IMG/VR virus record: IMGVR_UViG_3300027754_005987
Location: 32,001 to 96,000 of that record
Strand: one strand, 5' to 3'
Source: a virus
DNA length: 64,000 nt
Within the stretch, counting starts at the first letter, position 1; every line of letters begins with the position of its first letter. Positions 1 to 9,531 of this stretch are shown here, in pieces. The notes under the pieces were generated by a model, which searched no databases, was not told the origin of the DNA, and saw nothing but the letters and a program-made list of their open reading frames with translations. The translations under genes were made by a program, and so were the position numbers.

Positions 1-555
1 TTAGAAAAAGCTGGTGAATGGATTAATGAACATATTGTTATGGGTATATTCAAAGCTATAGCCACAACATTATTGGGTGTTATTGCAGGGTTTATTGGTG
101 TTGTTTCAGCTTTTTCTAAAGGAAACACAGATGTTGTTAATAAAATTGTTACTGAAGAAAATATTAAATCTTTAGCCGTAACATTATTTTATGCTGCTAT
201 TGTTATAGTTGGGGCCCAAGGATTAATGGCTGTTGCACATAGTATTGCACAGGCTACACATATGTTACATGGTGTTGTTGAATCCGTTACTACTGGTACT
301 AAAATTTATGAACTTATTTTATTAGTTTTGGCTTTTTATTCTACTTTATACATTGAACCGTATAAACCTTTTAGAAATAGAATACCAGATTTGGCACATG
401 CTTATGGTGAATGTTTAGAAGGTGATAAAAACGTATATAACGTAATCAAATCATTCCCTAAAACAGTTAAAGGTGGTAATACAACTCAAATTGAATGTAT
501 TAACCATCATTTAAATATTCATGGTACTAAACATGGTGGTACACAACATACCTAA
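1..555 (+). CDS. Hypothetical membrane-associated protein, 5'-truncated by the window edge
   Basis: Frame is open from base 1 (TTA GAA AAA GCT...) through the track's ATG at 40 to TAA at 553-555; several hydrophobic segments. Confidence 0.7.
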   Translation, partial: LEKAGEWINEHIVMGIFKAIATTLLGVIAGFIGVVSAFSKGNTDVVNKIVTEENIKSLAVTLFYAAIVIVGAQGLMAVAHSIAQATHMLHGVVESVTTGTKIYELILLVLAFYSTLYIEPYKPFRNRIPDLAHAYGECLEGDKNVYNVIKSFPKTVKGGNTTQIECINHHLNIHGTKHGGTQHT

Positions 556-557
556 AT

Positions 558-585
558 AAAAAAACCTAGTATACTAGGTTTTTTT
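558..585. terminator. Bidirectional intrinsic terminator
   Basis: Perfect palindrome aaaaaaacctagtatactaggttttttt between convergent genes. Confidence 0.85.
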
Positions 586-685
586 ATTTTTCTGTTATAG
601 TTTTTTTACAATAAAGGTGATACCTATAAAAATCATATTTACGATAATAAAAGATTATGTTATAGTTACGAATATATAGGACAAA

Positions 686-1753
686 CTATTTTTTAAATCT
701 ATCAAAATATTCAACAAATATATCATGGTCAACAGCTACTGATATTCTACTAAAATTATTATCAGTAACCAACCCATTTGTTGAGAACTTGCCTAAAGGA
801 ACACTTGATATCTTATATTTCAATAACTCATTTTGAGTTAAATTAACAATAGCAAATGGACCTATTGGTAGTTTGGGATACTTATCGAATAATAACCCAT
901 TAGCGTTAAGATAATCTATATTATTTTTGATATGTGTCTTGGTTGTTTCTCTATAATCTTTTACGATAGTCTTTTCGTTTAATAAATTATCTATTATAAC
1001 TTGTGGTATCGTAGAGATAGAATTATATTTATAAAGAGACCTAATTTTAAGTGTCTTATATAATGATTCATTTTTTGTAGCGATATAACCCACCCTATAT
1101 CCAGATAAACCAATTGATTTAGAGAATGAAGATAATACAATAACATTATCATAAAAATAATCTGATAATTTATCATCCGAATCATTGAATAAATAATAAT
1201 ACGGTAAATCTAATATAACAGTAATCTTATTTGTGTAAGCGTATAATAAGAATTTCTTAATATCTTCTAAACTAGGGCAATAACCTGTTGGGTTTGATGG
1301 GAAACATAACATAACAACACCAATAACTGGTTTAAATTTGATTAGATTAAAATCATCAAATGTTTTAATCCATTTATCATGTATCTTAAGAATTTTATTC
1401 CATGAACCCCAATGATAATTTGGTACCCATATATTTGTATCTGATAAGGAGTTTATTATAAGGTCTAGCGATGCCATACCTCCTGGGGTCATTATTAATT
1501 TATGGTTGATTAAATTAAATTCTTTTTTAATTGTATTAACCAATGGGTCATACCCATCATTACCAGAATATTGTTGAAGGGTTTTATTATTAAATGATAG
1601 ATTAGCAACTTTATCAACATCAATGGTAGTAACATCCATTACACCTCTATGTAGTTTAAGATACTTATCACCTGTTTCAATTTCTAATTTATTTATTTCT
1701 TCACCAATAGCAACTATTGATGAGTAGGTAACATTTGGTTCGTTTATATTCAT
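686..1753 (-). CDS. PLP-dependent aminotransferase, class I/II
   Basis: FPSNPTG, DxxY and SFSKSIGLSGYRVGY (PLP-lysine) motifs; start moved to ATG 1753 because the track's TTG at 1771 lies inside the promoter -7 element. Confidence 0.85.
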   Translation of the reverse strand: MNINEPNVTYSSIVAIGEEINKLEIETGDKYLKLHRGVMDVTTIDVDKVANLSFNNKTLQQYSGNDGYDPLVNTIKKEFNLINHKLIMTPGGMASLDLIINSLSDTNIWVPNYHWGSWNKILKIHDKWIKTFDDFNLIKFKPVIGVVMLCFPSNPTGYCPSLEDIKKFLLYAYTNKITVILDLPYYYLFNDSDDKLSDYFYDNVIVLSSFSKSIGLSGYRVGYIATKNESLYKTLKIRSLYKYNSISTIPQVIIDNLLNEKTIVKDYRETTKTHIKNNIDYLNANGLLFDKYPKLPIGPFAIVNLTQNELLKYKISSVPLGKFSTNGLVTDNNFSRISVAVDHDIFVEYFDRFKK

Positions 1754-1768
1754 TGTTAGTATTTTATA

Positions 1769-1800
1769 CAAATATATGTGTAAAAATAATAAAAAGCAAA
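1769..1800 (-). promoter_or_regulatory. Bacteroidota primary-sigma-type promoter
   Basis: TTTG-N20-TATATTTG on the minus strand. Confidence 0.75.
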
Positions 1801-1810
1801 TTTTAATTAA

Positions 1811-3196
1811 TTATCTAGATTCAAATCTAAATAAAGCTATTGTTACATATGTTCCATCTTGTTTTTGGAATGTATGATGTTTAAGTTGAACTTGTCCTTT
1901 TTTAAATTGATTAAGACCTTTTTTTTTCATATATCTTCCAGCAGCATCAGCAAAAGCTGCGTCCCAAGAAAAACCATGGTTTTGTGATTGACCAATACCG
2001 TATTGAACATCATCTTTTTTAGATTCTTCTTCAAACTCATTTTTTATATCATCAAATGAATAATTTCTACTACCAATATTTTTTAATTCAGTTTTATCTT
2101 TTATATTTGATGCAGTTTGTTTTAAATCATCTTTAAATTGAGCTAGTTTCTCACCTGCCCCAGTTTTAAGTTGAGCTAATGTCTCACCTGCTCCAGTTTT
2201 AAGTTGACTTATTTTATCTTTAAATTTATCTTGAGCAATTGCATCTTTACCGCCAAATAAACTACTAGCAGCTAAACCAACACCAGCAGCGATATTAGCA
2301 AATTTACCTTCACCAATATTTTCTAATTCTTCTCTTAAAAGTTTTTTAACTAATATTCTAGACTCATTTGTTTTATTTTTTTTGCTCCAGTATTTTTCAG
2401 CAGCTTTTTCCATCTTATCTAATCTATCATAATAATCTGGAAATTCAGAAACATGGTCCATAGCAATTTCATTCTGTTTTTCCTCATCACTAGTATGTTC
2501 TGATTCAATTTTTTCACCTTTTTTTATTTGTGATTTTAAATCTTTAACAGGTACATCAAATTTTTTAGCAATATCTTTTATGGTTAACTTATCAGATTTA
2601 CCACCTTTTAATTTGTTCTCGTTAAGTGTTTTAGTTTTCATAAATTCTTCAAATCCTTTTTTATCGTTATCGCTGTTTAGTATATAAAACTTACTTCCGT
2701 TTTTAGCAACTAGTTCATCAGAAGCACCAGTTTTTTTAACGTATAAATAATCATATTTATTAAACACTTGTTCATCATTATATTTGTTTATTTCGTGTTG
2801 TCTTGGCGCTACTCTATCTTCTTTAGGTATATCTGAATGGTTATATTCATTAACCGCTAAATAATAATCATATTTATCATCAAAAACTTTAACATTTGAA
2901 AAGTCTAATAAAACAACATAAACTTTTCCTTTTTTATCTTCTGCATATTTTTTAGAATAATCAAAGTTTTTGGTCAAATAAACACCAGCACCTAATTTGA
3001 AAATACTGTTTGGGTTAAATTGTTCAAATTCTTCTTTACCTATTTCATCACCTCTATAAAAAAAAGATGGATTCTTATAGTTTAACTTTTCTTTTATTAA
3101 AAATCTTATGTAATTAATATAATCATCAATTGTCCCAATATCTTCAAAAGTAAAATTACTGTAGACACCACCAAAATCTATTAAATTGTTTTCCAT
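1811..3196 (-). CDS. Modular protein: ART-like domain, DUF5661-like module, internal signal-peptide-like segment and C-terminal domain
   Basis: FYRG...GAGVYLT...YA (ADP-ribosyltransferase-like); KGGKSDK...EHT...IAMDH.E.PDYY module; hydrophobic GKFANIAAGVGLAASSLFGG..AIAQ; modules separated by LNE/LRE/IGE. Confidence 0.6.
   Translation of the reverse strand: MENNLIDFGGVYSNFTFEDIGTIDDYINYIRFLIKEKLNYKNPSFFYRGDEIGKEEFEQFNPNSIFKLGAGVYLTKNFDYSKKYAEDKKGKVYVVLLDFSNVKVFDDKYDYYLAVNEYNHSDIPKEDRVAPRQHEINKYNDEQVFNKYDYLYVKKTGASDELVAKNGSKFYILNSDNDKKGFEEFMKTKTLNENKLKGGKSDKLTIKDIAKKFDVPVKDLKSQIKKGEKIESEHTSDEEKQNEIAMDHVSEFPDYYDRLDKMEKAAEKYWSKKNKTNESRILVKKLLREELENIGEGKFANIAAGVGLAASSLFGGKDAIAQDKFKDKISQLKTGAGETLAQLKTGAGEKLAQFKDDLKQTASNIKDKTELKNIGSRNYSFDDIKNEFEEESKKDDVQYGIGQSQNHGFSWDAAFADAAGRYMKKKGLNQFKKGQVQLKHHTFQKQDGTYVTIALFRFESR
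2138..2207 (-). repeat. 33-bp tandem duplication in coding sequence (QLKTGAGE[T/K]LA x2)
   Basis: ttgagctagtttctcacctgccccagttttaag followed by ttgagctaatgtctcacctgctccagttttaag. Confidence 0.9.
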
Positions 3197-3202
3197 TATT
3201 TA

Positions 3203-4057
3203 TTATACTTTTTTACGTAATTTAACTGACCATTCAACAGTTTTTATTATTGGTGCTAAAATCTGACTTATTAAATTTATTATATCAATGGCGGTAAACA
3301 CACCGCCAATAGCGATATCAACACCTATGTCTGTAAACCAAGATAATATTGGTTTAATATCTAACGATGATACTAGGTTTTTTAACTCTTTAAAACTATT
3401 TAAAATATCAGAAACGCTACCAATTATATTTGTGTTTTTGGATATAAAGTCAACACCTTTTTCCATCATGTTTCTTATAAATGTTTTTTCTAAATAAACC
3501 AACAATGTGGTAAAGGCTAATATCATAAGAAAACCAGCCCATCCAGTATTTGATGATAAGTTTTTAGAAACATTCTCAACATGTTCAATAAGTTTTGAAA
3601 ATTTATCATTAAAACCATCTGAACTAACTTTTAGTTTATCTAATATTTTATTGGTGGCATCTTTTATGGTTGCCATTGTTTTTGATAAACTTTTTTTAAT
3701 AGATTCTATTGCCACTTTCATTAATTCTGAGTCCACTAATATATCCTTAAAGAATTTTGCAATATCCTTTAAACTTTTAATACTATTAACAACTTCTATC
3801 GCTTTTTCTTTAGTTTTATCGTAAGCAACGCCAATATAATTATTTATAGAACCTAATATAGATTCTATTATTATTTGTTCTTCAATAATTTGTTTCCTTA
3901 TTGATAAAGAATAATTTTCATTTATCGGTAAATCAACACCTAAAGTGTATTTAATATAATGAGGGTTATTTATTAAGATAATAGATTCTTCTGATAACAG
4001 TTTTCTTCTATCATTTAACGCTAACTCTTCTTTTAATAATGCTTTAATAGTATTCAT
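3203..4057 (-). CDS. Hypothetical protein with IKALLKE leader and two hydrophobic helices
   Basis: 284-aa ORF; hydrophobic segments WAGFLMILAFTTLLVYL and IAIGGVFTAIDIINLISQILAPII. Confidence 0.75.
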   Translation of the reverse strand: MNTIKALLKEELALNDRRKLLSEESIILINNPHYIKYTLGVDLPINENYSLSIRKQIIEEQIIIESILGSINNYIGVAYDKTKEKAIEVVNSIKSLKDIAKFFKDILVDSELMKVAIESIKKSLSKTMATIKDATNKILDKLKVSSDGFNDKFSKLIEHVENVSKNLSSNTGWAGFLMILAFTTLLVYLEKTFIRNMMEKGVDFISKNTNIIGSVSDILNSFKELKNLVSSLDIKPILSWFTDIGVDIAIGGVFTAIDIINLISQILAPIIKTVEWSVKLRKKV

Positions 4058-4059
4058 AC

Positions 4060-4497
4060 TTAATCGTATATTGAAGGGTTTAATTTACCATATTTTCTTA
4101 TTATAATACCAGCAATTGCATTGGCTTCATTTTCAAATATACTACCATCTGCACCTGGGTCTAATTCATTTTCAAATCTACCATCAAGATTTTGTTTATG
4201 ATGAACTAGTTCGTGAGCTATTGACCTGCATACATCTACGATGGCTCTATTTTTAACATATACCTTTAAACGTTTTTCATTGTTCATATAATAAGCAGTT
4301 GTTTTAAGGTCTGGCGTTCTTTCAAAAGCTAATTCAACTTTTATATCGTCATCAATATTTAAATATTCTTTTGCAAAATTAACAAAATCAGCAACTTCTC
4401 TAATATCCATATCTCCTTTGGTTAAAAGTCTTTCTCTTAACAATTGTTTAATTTTAGTTTTATTTTCTTTTAACGTATTTTTAATTTTTGGTTTCAT
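4060..4497 (-). CDS. Zn metallopeptidase-like protein (HExxH with downstream E) with IKQLLRE leader
   Basis: RSIAHELVHHKQ and ENEANA motifs. Confidence 0.75.
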   Translation of the reverse strand: MKPKIKNTLKENKTKIKQLLRERLLTKGDMDIREVADFVNFAKEYLNIDDDIKVELAFERTPDLKTTAYYMNNEKRLKVYVKNRAIVDVCRSIAHELVHHKQNLDGRFENELDPGADGSIFENEANAIAGIIIRKYGKLNPSIYD

Positions 4498-4501
4498 ATC
4501 T

Positions 4502-4509
4502 TATAAATA
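4502..4509 (-). promoter_or_regulatory. Putative late promoter TATTTATA
   Basis: Motif 4 nt upstream of ATG 4497; recurs before structural genes. Confidence 0.55.
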
Positions 4510-4510
4510 T

Positions 4511-4539
4511 AAAAAAAGCCACAAAAAAATGTGGCTTTT
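4511..4539 (-). terminator. Intrinsic terminator after clpC
   Basis: aaaagccaca-loop-tgtggctttt stem with U-tract on the minus strand. Confidence 0.8.
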
Positions 4540-4547
4540 AGTTTTAA

Positions 4548-7500
4548 TTATTTACCTTTAGGTGTTTTAATTGATTTTATCATTATCTCTTGTTTATCTT
4601 TATCGAGACCAATACTTATCGTTTCACCTTCTTTTATATTATCATTAAGGATTTCATCAGCCACTGGGTCTTCAACATAATGTTGAATCGCTCTAGCTAA
4701 TGGCCTTGCGCCATATGCTTCATCATATCCTTGTGTTGCTAAAAACTCAATAGCTTCTTTGGATATTTTAAGTTTAAAACCCATTTCATTTACTCTTTTT
4801 TCTAAATGACCAAGTTCAACGTAAATGATTTTATGTATATCCTCTATGGTTAATCCATTGAATACAATCGCTTCGTCAATACGGTTAAGGAATTCTGGTT
4901 TGAATTTTTTCTTAAGCGCTTTTTCAATAATTGCACGAGCTTTGTTTTCTTCATTAACAATACTAGAAGCTGTTTCAAAACCCATATTTTTACCAAACGA
5001 ATTAACTTCTTTAACACCAATGTTAGATGTTAATATAATAAGTGCGTTTTTAAAATTAATTTTACGACCTAACCCATCAGTTAACATACCTTCATCTAAT
5101 AATTGTAATAAGATATTAAACACATCTTCATGTGCTTTTTCAATCTCATCGAACAATATAACACAATGTGGTTTTCTACGAACTTTTTCAGTTAATTGAC
5201 CACCTTGGTCATAACCCACATATCCAGGAGGTGGACCAATTAATCTAGATACTGAATGTTTTTCCATATATTCAGACATATCCATTCTAATAAGCGATTC
5301 AGAATCTCCAAAAACATGCTCAGCTAATAATTTAGCCAAAAGTGTTTTACCAACACCAGTAGGACCTAAAAATATAAATGAACCAACAGGTTTGTTTTTA
5401 TCTTTGATACCAATACGGTTACGTTTTATAGCTTTAACAACTTTAGATACAGCATTATCTTGACCAATAACTTTACCAGTCAATTCTTTATCCAAATTCA
5501 TTAATTTTTTACTTTCTTGTGTTGATATTTTTGTTAGTGGTATACCAGTCATCATGGATACAACTTCAGAAATTAATTCAACACCAACAATAGTAATTTT
5601 TTTATCTAATTTAGATTGCCATTCAGCCATTGCTGTTGTTAACTCATCAATTATTTTTTTCTCTTCATCTCTAAGCTTTGCTGCTTCTTCATATTTTTGT
5701 TTAACAACAACTTCTTTTTTCTTTTCGTTTATCTCTAATTTTTTAGCTTCAAGTTCTTTTATATTTTCTGGTTTTTCAACACTAACATTTGTTGTTGCGC
5801 CAGCTTCATCTAACACATCAATAGCTTTATCTGGCATACTTCTATCCATAATGTATCTAGCAGAAAGCTTAACACATTCTTCAATGGCTTCGTCAGTATA
5901 TTTAACCCTATGATGATTTTCGTATTTTTCTTTGATGTTGAATAGTATAATTTTTGTTTCATCTAAAGTTGGTTCTTCAACAAGGACTTGTTGAAAACGT
6001 CTGGTTAACGCACCATCTTTTTCAATGTTTTCTCTATACTCATCAAGCGTTGTTGCGCCAATAACTTGTAATTCACCACGAGCCAATGCTGGTTTGAATA
6101 TATTAGACGCATCTAATGAACCAGATGCGTTTCCTGCACCAACTATTGTGTGTAACTCATCAATGAATAATACAATATCTGGATTGGCTTTACATTCTTC
6201 TAACACGGCTTTCATTCTTTCTTCAAATTGTCCACGATATTTTGTGCCAGCGACAATTGATGCTAAATCTAGAGTAAATATTCTCTTTCCGATAAGTGTC
6301 CTAGGTGCATTTCCATCTTTTATTAATTGAGCTAATCCTTCAACAATTGATGTGTTATGCGTTACAATATAATTATCAGTAATATATAAATGATTATCAT
6401 CGTCAATCATTATACACTTAGCCTCTTTTTTACCAATTAACTCTATTTTAACAATATTATTTTTAAGTGTTTTAGAATATTGGTAATTACTTGGTGCTTT
6501 TTCTTTTTTTCTATCTAATAAGAATAAGTTTTTTGGTGAGTGATATCTAATAGATAAAATATAGGATACTTGACCTAATTTTTTAACACCTTTATATGTG
6601 TAAGAGGGTTGTTTATCACTTATACTTGCAACACCACCAATTGACCAAATTAATTCTTGCATATCTTTAATTAACTTATAGCTAACGCTAGAATATTGTA
6701 ATGTACCAGTTTTGGTAACAGTTCCATCAGAATCCATTAACCCTTGTATTAGAGATATTTTTTGAGTTAACGAACCGTTTTTATATTTTTCTGGGATAAA
6801 TTTATTATTTGATTTTGTTTCAGTTAAGTGTAATAAATCAGTCTCTTCCAACAATGGGTGGATTCTATCATTTTTGTAATACCTAGTTCTTTTTTTAATT
6901 AATTTATCTTCAGATATATTAATTCTAAACGTGTTTGTTTTTATGCCACCACCATTTACAGTTAACTTATAATCTGACCCAATTATTTCCTCAACATTTT
7001 CAGCTATTTCAATATCATCGGTAGTAAGTGAAAGTTCATATTTACCAAAATGACCATCACCTAATAATAATCCCATTAAATAAGGGTCGATAACATAATC
7101 TAAATTTTCATTTTTAATTATGTTTTCAGACACCAAAGGTAATTTTAGTCTATAAGTAGTATTTTCAATTTTATCTTTAATATCAAGCGTGTTAAGAATA
7201 GACCAACCTTTTTTTCTTGATTTACCTTCTGGTATACCATAAACTTTCCATAAATGTTCACCACAAGCTTCAGTGCTTCTACCATCTTTAAAACTAATTC
7301 TATAAATATCTTTTTCACCTTGTGGGTATACGCCAATTACTTTAGTTGTTTTACCTTCTGGTGTTAATACTTCATCACCAATATTTATTTCACCCATAGT
7401 TGTCCAACCATTAGGTGTTAGTATTTTAGCGTCAAGTGGTTGTGCTTTACCAACGCCAGGCTCACCGATAAGTATTGGATTATTTTTCTTTCTACGAGAA

Positions 7501-8141
7501 AGTATTTGAGAAACTCGTTTTATTTCAGCGCTTCTCCCAACAACTGGGTCAATTTCACCTTTTTCAACAGCTTTAGACACATCTCTACAAAAATTATCAA
7601 GAACTGGTGTTTTGCTCTTCAAATCAGTTTGTTTAGATTTTCTTTTGTATGTTTCTTCATCACTAGGTTCATCGCTGTCATAAGCGCTTTTATTGTTTTC
7701 TTTCATAATATTAATTTGTTTTTTAAAACCGTTATAATTAATCCCCAATTCATTTAATAATTCAGTTGTTATTGATTTTGTTAATAAAACAGCTAACATA
7801 ATATGAAAAGTATCTATCATATTATCATTTAATTTTTCACATTCTTTATCTAAAGCTTTAAAAATTGATTTGGTTTCATCTGAAAATGGTAGGTTTTTCC
7901 TGACACTATTTGTTAACCTAGGTGTCAAATCATTTTTCCTTAAAGCATCTGATAGTTTATCATATAACTCAGTTGTATCTATGTTAAGTAACCTTAACAC
8001 TTTAACACATTCATTATCATCATCTACAAGTATTGATAATATGATATGTTCTGGCCTTACTTTTACGTCATCGAAAGATTTAGCTTCCTTCATCGCGTGG
8101 TTAATAATCAGTTTAACCTTTGGGTAAATCTCTCTATTCAT
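4548..8141 (-). CDS. clpC: ClpC-type AAA+ chaperone/protease ATPase containing an intein
   Basis: Clp-N repeats, Walker A GEPGVGK|T, LFIDELH, UVR-like KYEEAAKLRD, second NBD GPTGVGKT, GPPPGYVGY, YGARPL; 833 aa after intein removal. Confidence 0.95.
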   Translation of the reverse strand: MNREIYPKVKLIINHAMKEAKSFDDVKVRPEHIILSILVDDDNECVKVLRLLNIDTTELYDKLSDALRKNDLTPRLTNSVRKNLPFSDETKSIFKALDKECEKLNDNMIDTFHIMLAVLLTKSITTELLNELGINYNGFKKQINIMKENNKSAYDSDEPSDEETYKRKSKQTDLKSKTPVLDNFCRDVSKAVEKGEIDPVVGRSAEIKRVSQILSRRKKNNPILIGEPGVGKAQPLDAKILTPNGWTTMGEINIGDEVLTPEGKTTKVIGVYPQGEKDIYRISFKDGRSTEACGEHLWKVYGIPEGKSRKKGWSILNTLDIKDKIENTTYRLKLPLVSENIIKNENLDYVIDPYLMGLLLGDGHFGKYELSLTTDDIEIAENVEEIIGSDYKLTVNGGGIKTNTFRINISEDKLIKKRTRYYKNDRIHPLLEETDLLHLTETKSNNKFIPEKYKNGSLTQKISLIQGLMDSDGTVTKTGTLQYSSVSYKLIKDMQELIWSIGGVASISDKQPSYTYKGVKKLGQVSYILSIRYHSPKNLFLLDRKKEKAPSNYQYSKTLKNNIVKIELIGKKEAKCIMIDDDNHLYITDNYIVTHNTSIVEGLAQLIKDGNAPRTLIGKRIFTLDLASIVAGTKYRGQFEERMKAVLEECKANPDIVLFIDELHTIVGAGNASGSLDASNIFKPALARGELQVIGATTLDEYRENIEKDGALTRRFQQVLVEEPTLDETKIILFNIKEKYENHHRVKYTDEAIEECVKLSARYIMDRSMPDKAIDVLDEAGATTNVSVEKPENIKELEAKKLEINEKKKEVVVKQKYEEAAKLRDEEKKIIDELTTAMAEWQSKLDKKITIVGVELISEVVSMMTGIPLTKISTQESKKLMNLDKELTGKVIGQDNAVSKVVKAIKRNRIGIKDKNKPVGSFIFLGPTGVGKTLLAKLLAEHVFGDSESLIRMDMSEYMEKHSVSRLIGPPPGYVGYDQGGQLTEKVRRKPHCVILFDEIEKAHEDVFNILLQLLDEGMLTDGLGRKINFKNALIILTSNIGVKEVNSFGKNMGFETASSIVNEENKARAIIEKALKKKFKPEFLNRIDEAIVFNGLTIEDIHKIIYVELGHLEKRVNEMGFKLKISKEAIEFLATQGYDEAYGARPLARAIQHYVEDPVADEILNDNIKEGETISIGLDKDKQEIMIKSIKTPKGK
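6354..7445 (-). mobile_element. Intein (364 aa, Ala-start, class-3-like) with LAGLIDADG homing endonuclease in ClpC Walker A
   Basis: Begins AQPLDAKILTP, ends YIVTHN with Thr+1; LLLGDG and GLMDSDG motifs; W/C/T residues in HLWKV, AKCIMID, IVTHN. Confidence 0.9.
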
Positions 8142-8163
8142 AGTTTATCTATTTTTATTTGCG

Positions 8164-8227
8164 CAAATATATGTATTATTTTTTATTAAATCAAGCTTGA
8201 TTCGTAAGATAAATATTCGTATGTTTG
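8164..8227. promoter_or_regulatory. Divergent pair of Bacteroidota-type promoters sharing a palindromic -33 region
   Basis: Minus: TTG(8194-8192)-N20-TATATTTG(8171-8164). Plus: TTG(8197-8199)-N20-TATGTTTG(8220-8227). Palindrome aatcaagcttgatt at 8189-8202. Confidence 0.8.
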
Positions 8228-8240
8228 TATAAAATTAAAT

Positions 8241-8480
8241 ATGAATATAAATAAAACATCAACATTTGGCAAGGTAGAAATACTATTAAAAGATGCAACT
8301 AACACTGCCACAATACCTTCCGTAACAAAGATTGAATTTTATGATTGTGGACTTATGATTACTGGAGATTATATAGTTGTAGTTATAGATGAAAAAGATA
8401 ACATTAATAACGCATTAACAAGCACAGGTAGAATATTCAACTTAAAAGATATTTCAGCATACAAAACGCATATCAAATAA
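8241..8480 (+). CDS. Hypothetical protein
   Basis: 79-aa ORF directly after a promoter. Confidence 0.7.
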   Translation: MNINKTSTFGKVEILLKDATNTATIPSVTKIEFYDCGLMITGDYIVVVIDEKDNINNALTSTGRIFNLKDISAYKTHIK

Positions 8481-8505
8481 TTAATAACAATTAATACAAA
8501 AACAA

Positions 8506-8955
8506 ATGATTCTAAAAAGACAAGAAAAAGAAAATGTAGTAAAAGCACTGTATGATTCGTCAAACATAATTGCTTCAGTTTGGGATAAAGAAAAAAATGA
8601 ACTAATGCTCATCTTTAATAAAGGAACAAGATATAAATACCCAAATGTTTCTTCTACTGATTATCTTAGATTTGAAACGGCTGATAGTCAAGGTAAAGTT
8701 TTTAACACACACATTAAAAATTACACATCCGAAAAGATAGATAATGTTGACCCTAATGAATTAATCAAAGAAGTGCATAATTTAAAAGAACAAGAAGAAA
8801 AAGAAACCCTTAAAGCTAAATCTGATTTATTAATTAGTAAAGTAAAAGGACTTATAACATCATATGAAAATTCTAATGGTGTGTTAAATATTAATCAATT
8901 AAATGAATTAAAAGAATCAATAACAACATATATTAACGAAACATCAAATAACTAA
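8506..8955 (+). CDS. KTSC-domain protein
   Basis: SSNI...WD....LMLIFNKG.RYKYPNV.......F..ADSQGKVFNTHIK matches the KTSC pattern. Confidence 0.8.
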   Translation: MILKRQEKENVVKALYDSSNIIASVWDKEKNELMLIFNKGTRYKYPNVSSTDYLRFETADSQGKVFNTHIKNYTSEKIDNVDPNELIKEVHNLKEQEEKETLKAKSDLLISKVKGLITSYENSNGVLNINQLNELKESITTYINETSNN

Positions 8956-8959
8956 AAAA

Positions 8960-9529
8960 ATGGCTAAATACAATATTAGAATTAGTGGTTATGGTTCAGA
9001 AGTTACAATCGGTCATGTAACACCTGAAATTAAAAAACAAATAGAAGAATTATATGATGAAGATGAAACTATAACATCAATATTTGTTAATAATGATTAT
9101 TTTGGTTATTCTTGGTCTGAATTTGACGATTTTTTTCATAATTTTAACGCAAATGAAAAATTTAACCTAACAATTTATCAAGATGATGAAACAATATACG
9201 AATTAACTTCAGATGATTTAAGAACAAAAGATGAATATGAAGGAGTTATAACACATAAAGAATTTGCTGATGAATATGATATAACTAGAATAAACGATGA
9301 TTTAGCAGTATATTGTGTTACTGGTGAAAAAGGAGGACTATTTTATAATGAAATAGAAACTGATGATTTTGATATTAAAAAATTAAACATTGTAATGTTA
9401 TATGATGTTGGTAATGATTTTTATAACCATGGTGAAATGGTTTATCAAATATTTTATGATGATGAATTATTATATAACGAAGGTGGTGATACTGATGGTA
9501 AATCATTTGATATTTATATGAACTTATAG
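8960..9529 (+). CDS. Acidic hypothetical phage protein
   Basis: 189-aa ORF within the operon; GYGSE N-terminus, TDGKS C-terminus. Confidence 0.75.
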   Translation: MAKYNIRISGYGSEVTIGHVTPEIKKQIEELYDEDETITSIFVNNDYFGYSWSEFDDFFHNFNANEKFNLTIYQDDETIYELTSDDLRTKDEYEGVITHKEFADEYDITRINDDLAVYCVTGEKGGLFYNEIETDDFDIKKLNIVMLYDVGNDFYNHGEMVYQIFYDDELLYNEGGDTDGKSFDIYMNL

Positions 9530-9531
9530 TT

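Noticed and set aside
3288-8127. Plus-strand ORFs opposite clpC and its neighbours, and similar antisense ORFs elsewhere (e.g. 33968-34732, 17178-17654, 57711-58133)
   Set aside because: They are shadows of well-supported genes on the opposite strand, with no motifs or expression signals of their own.
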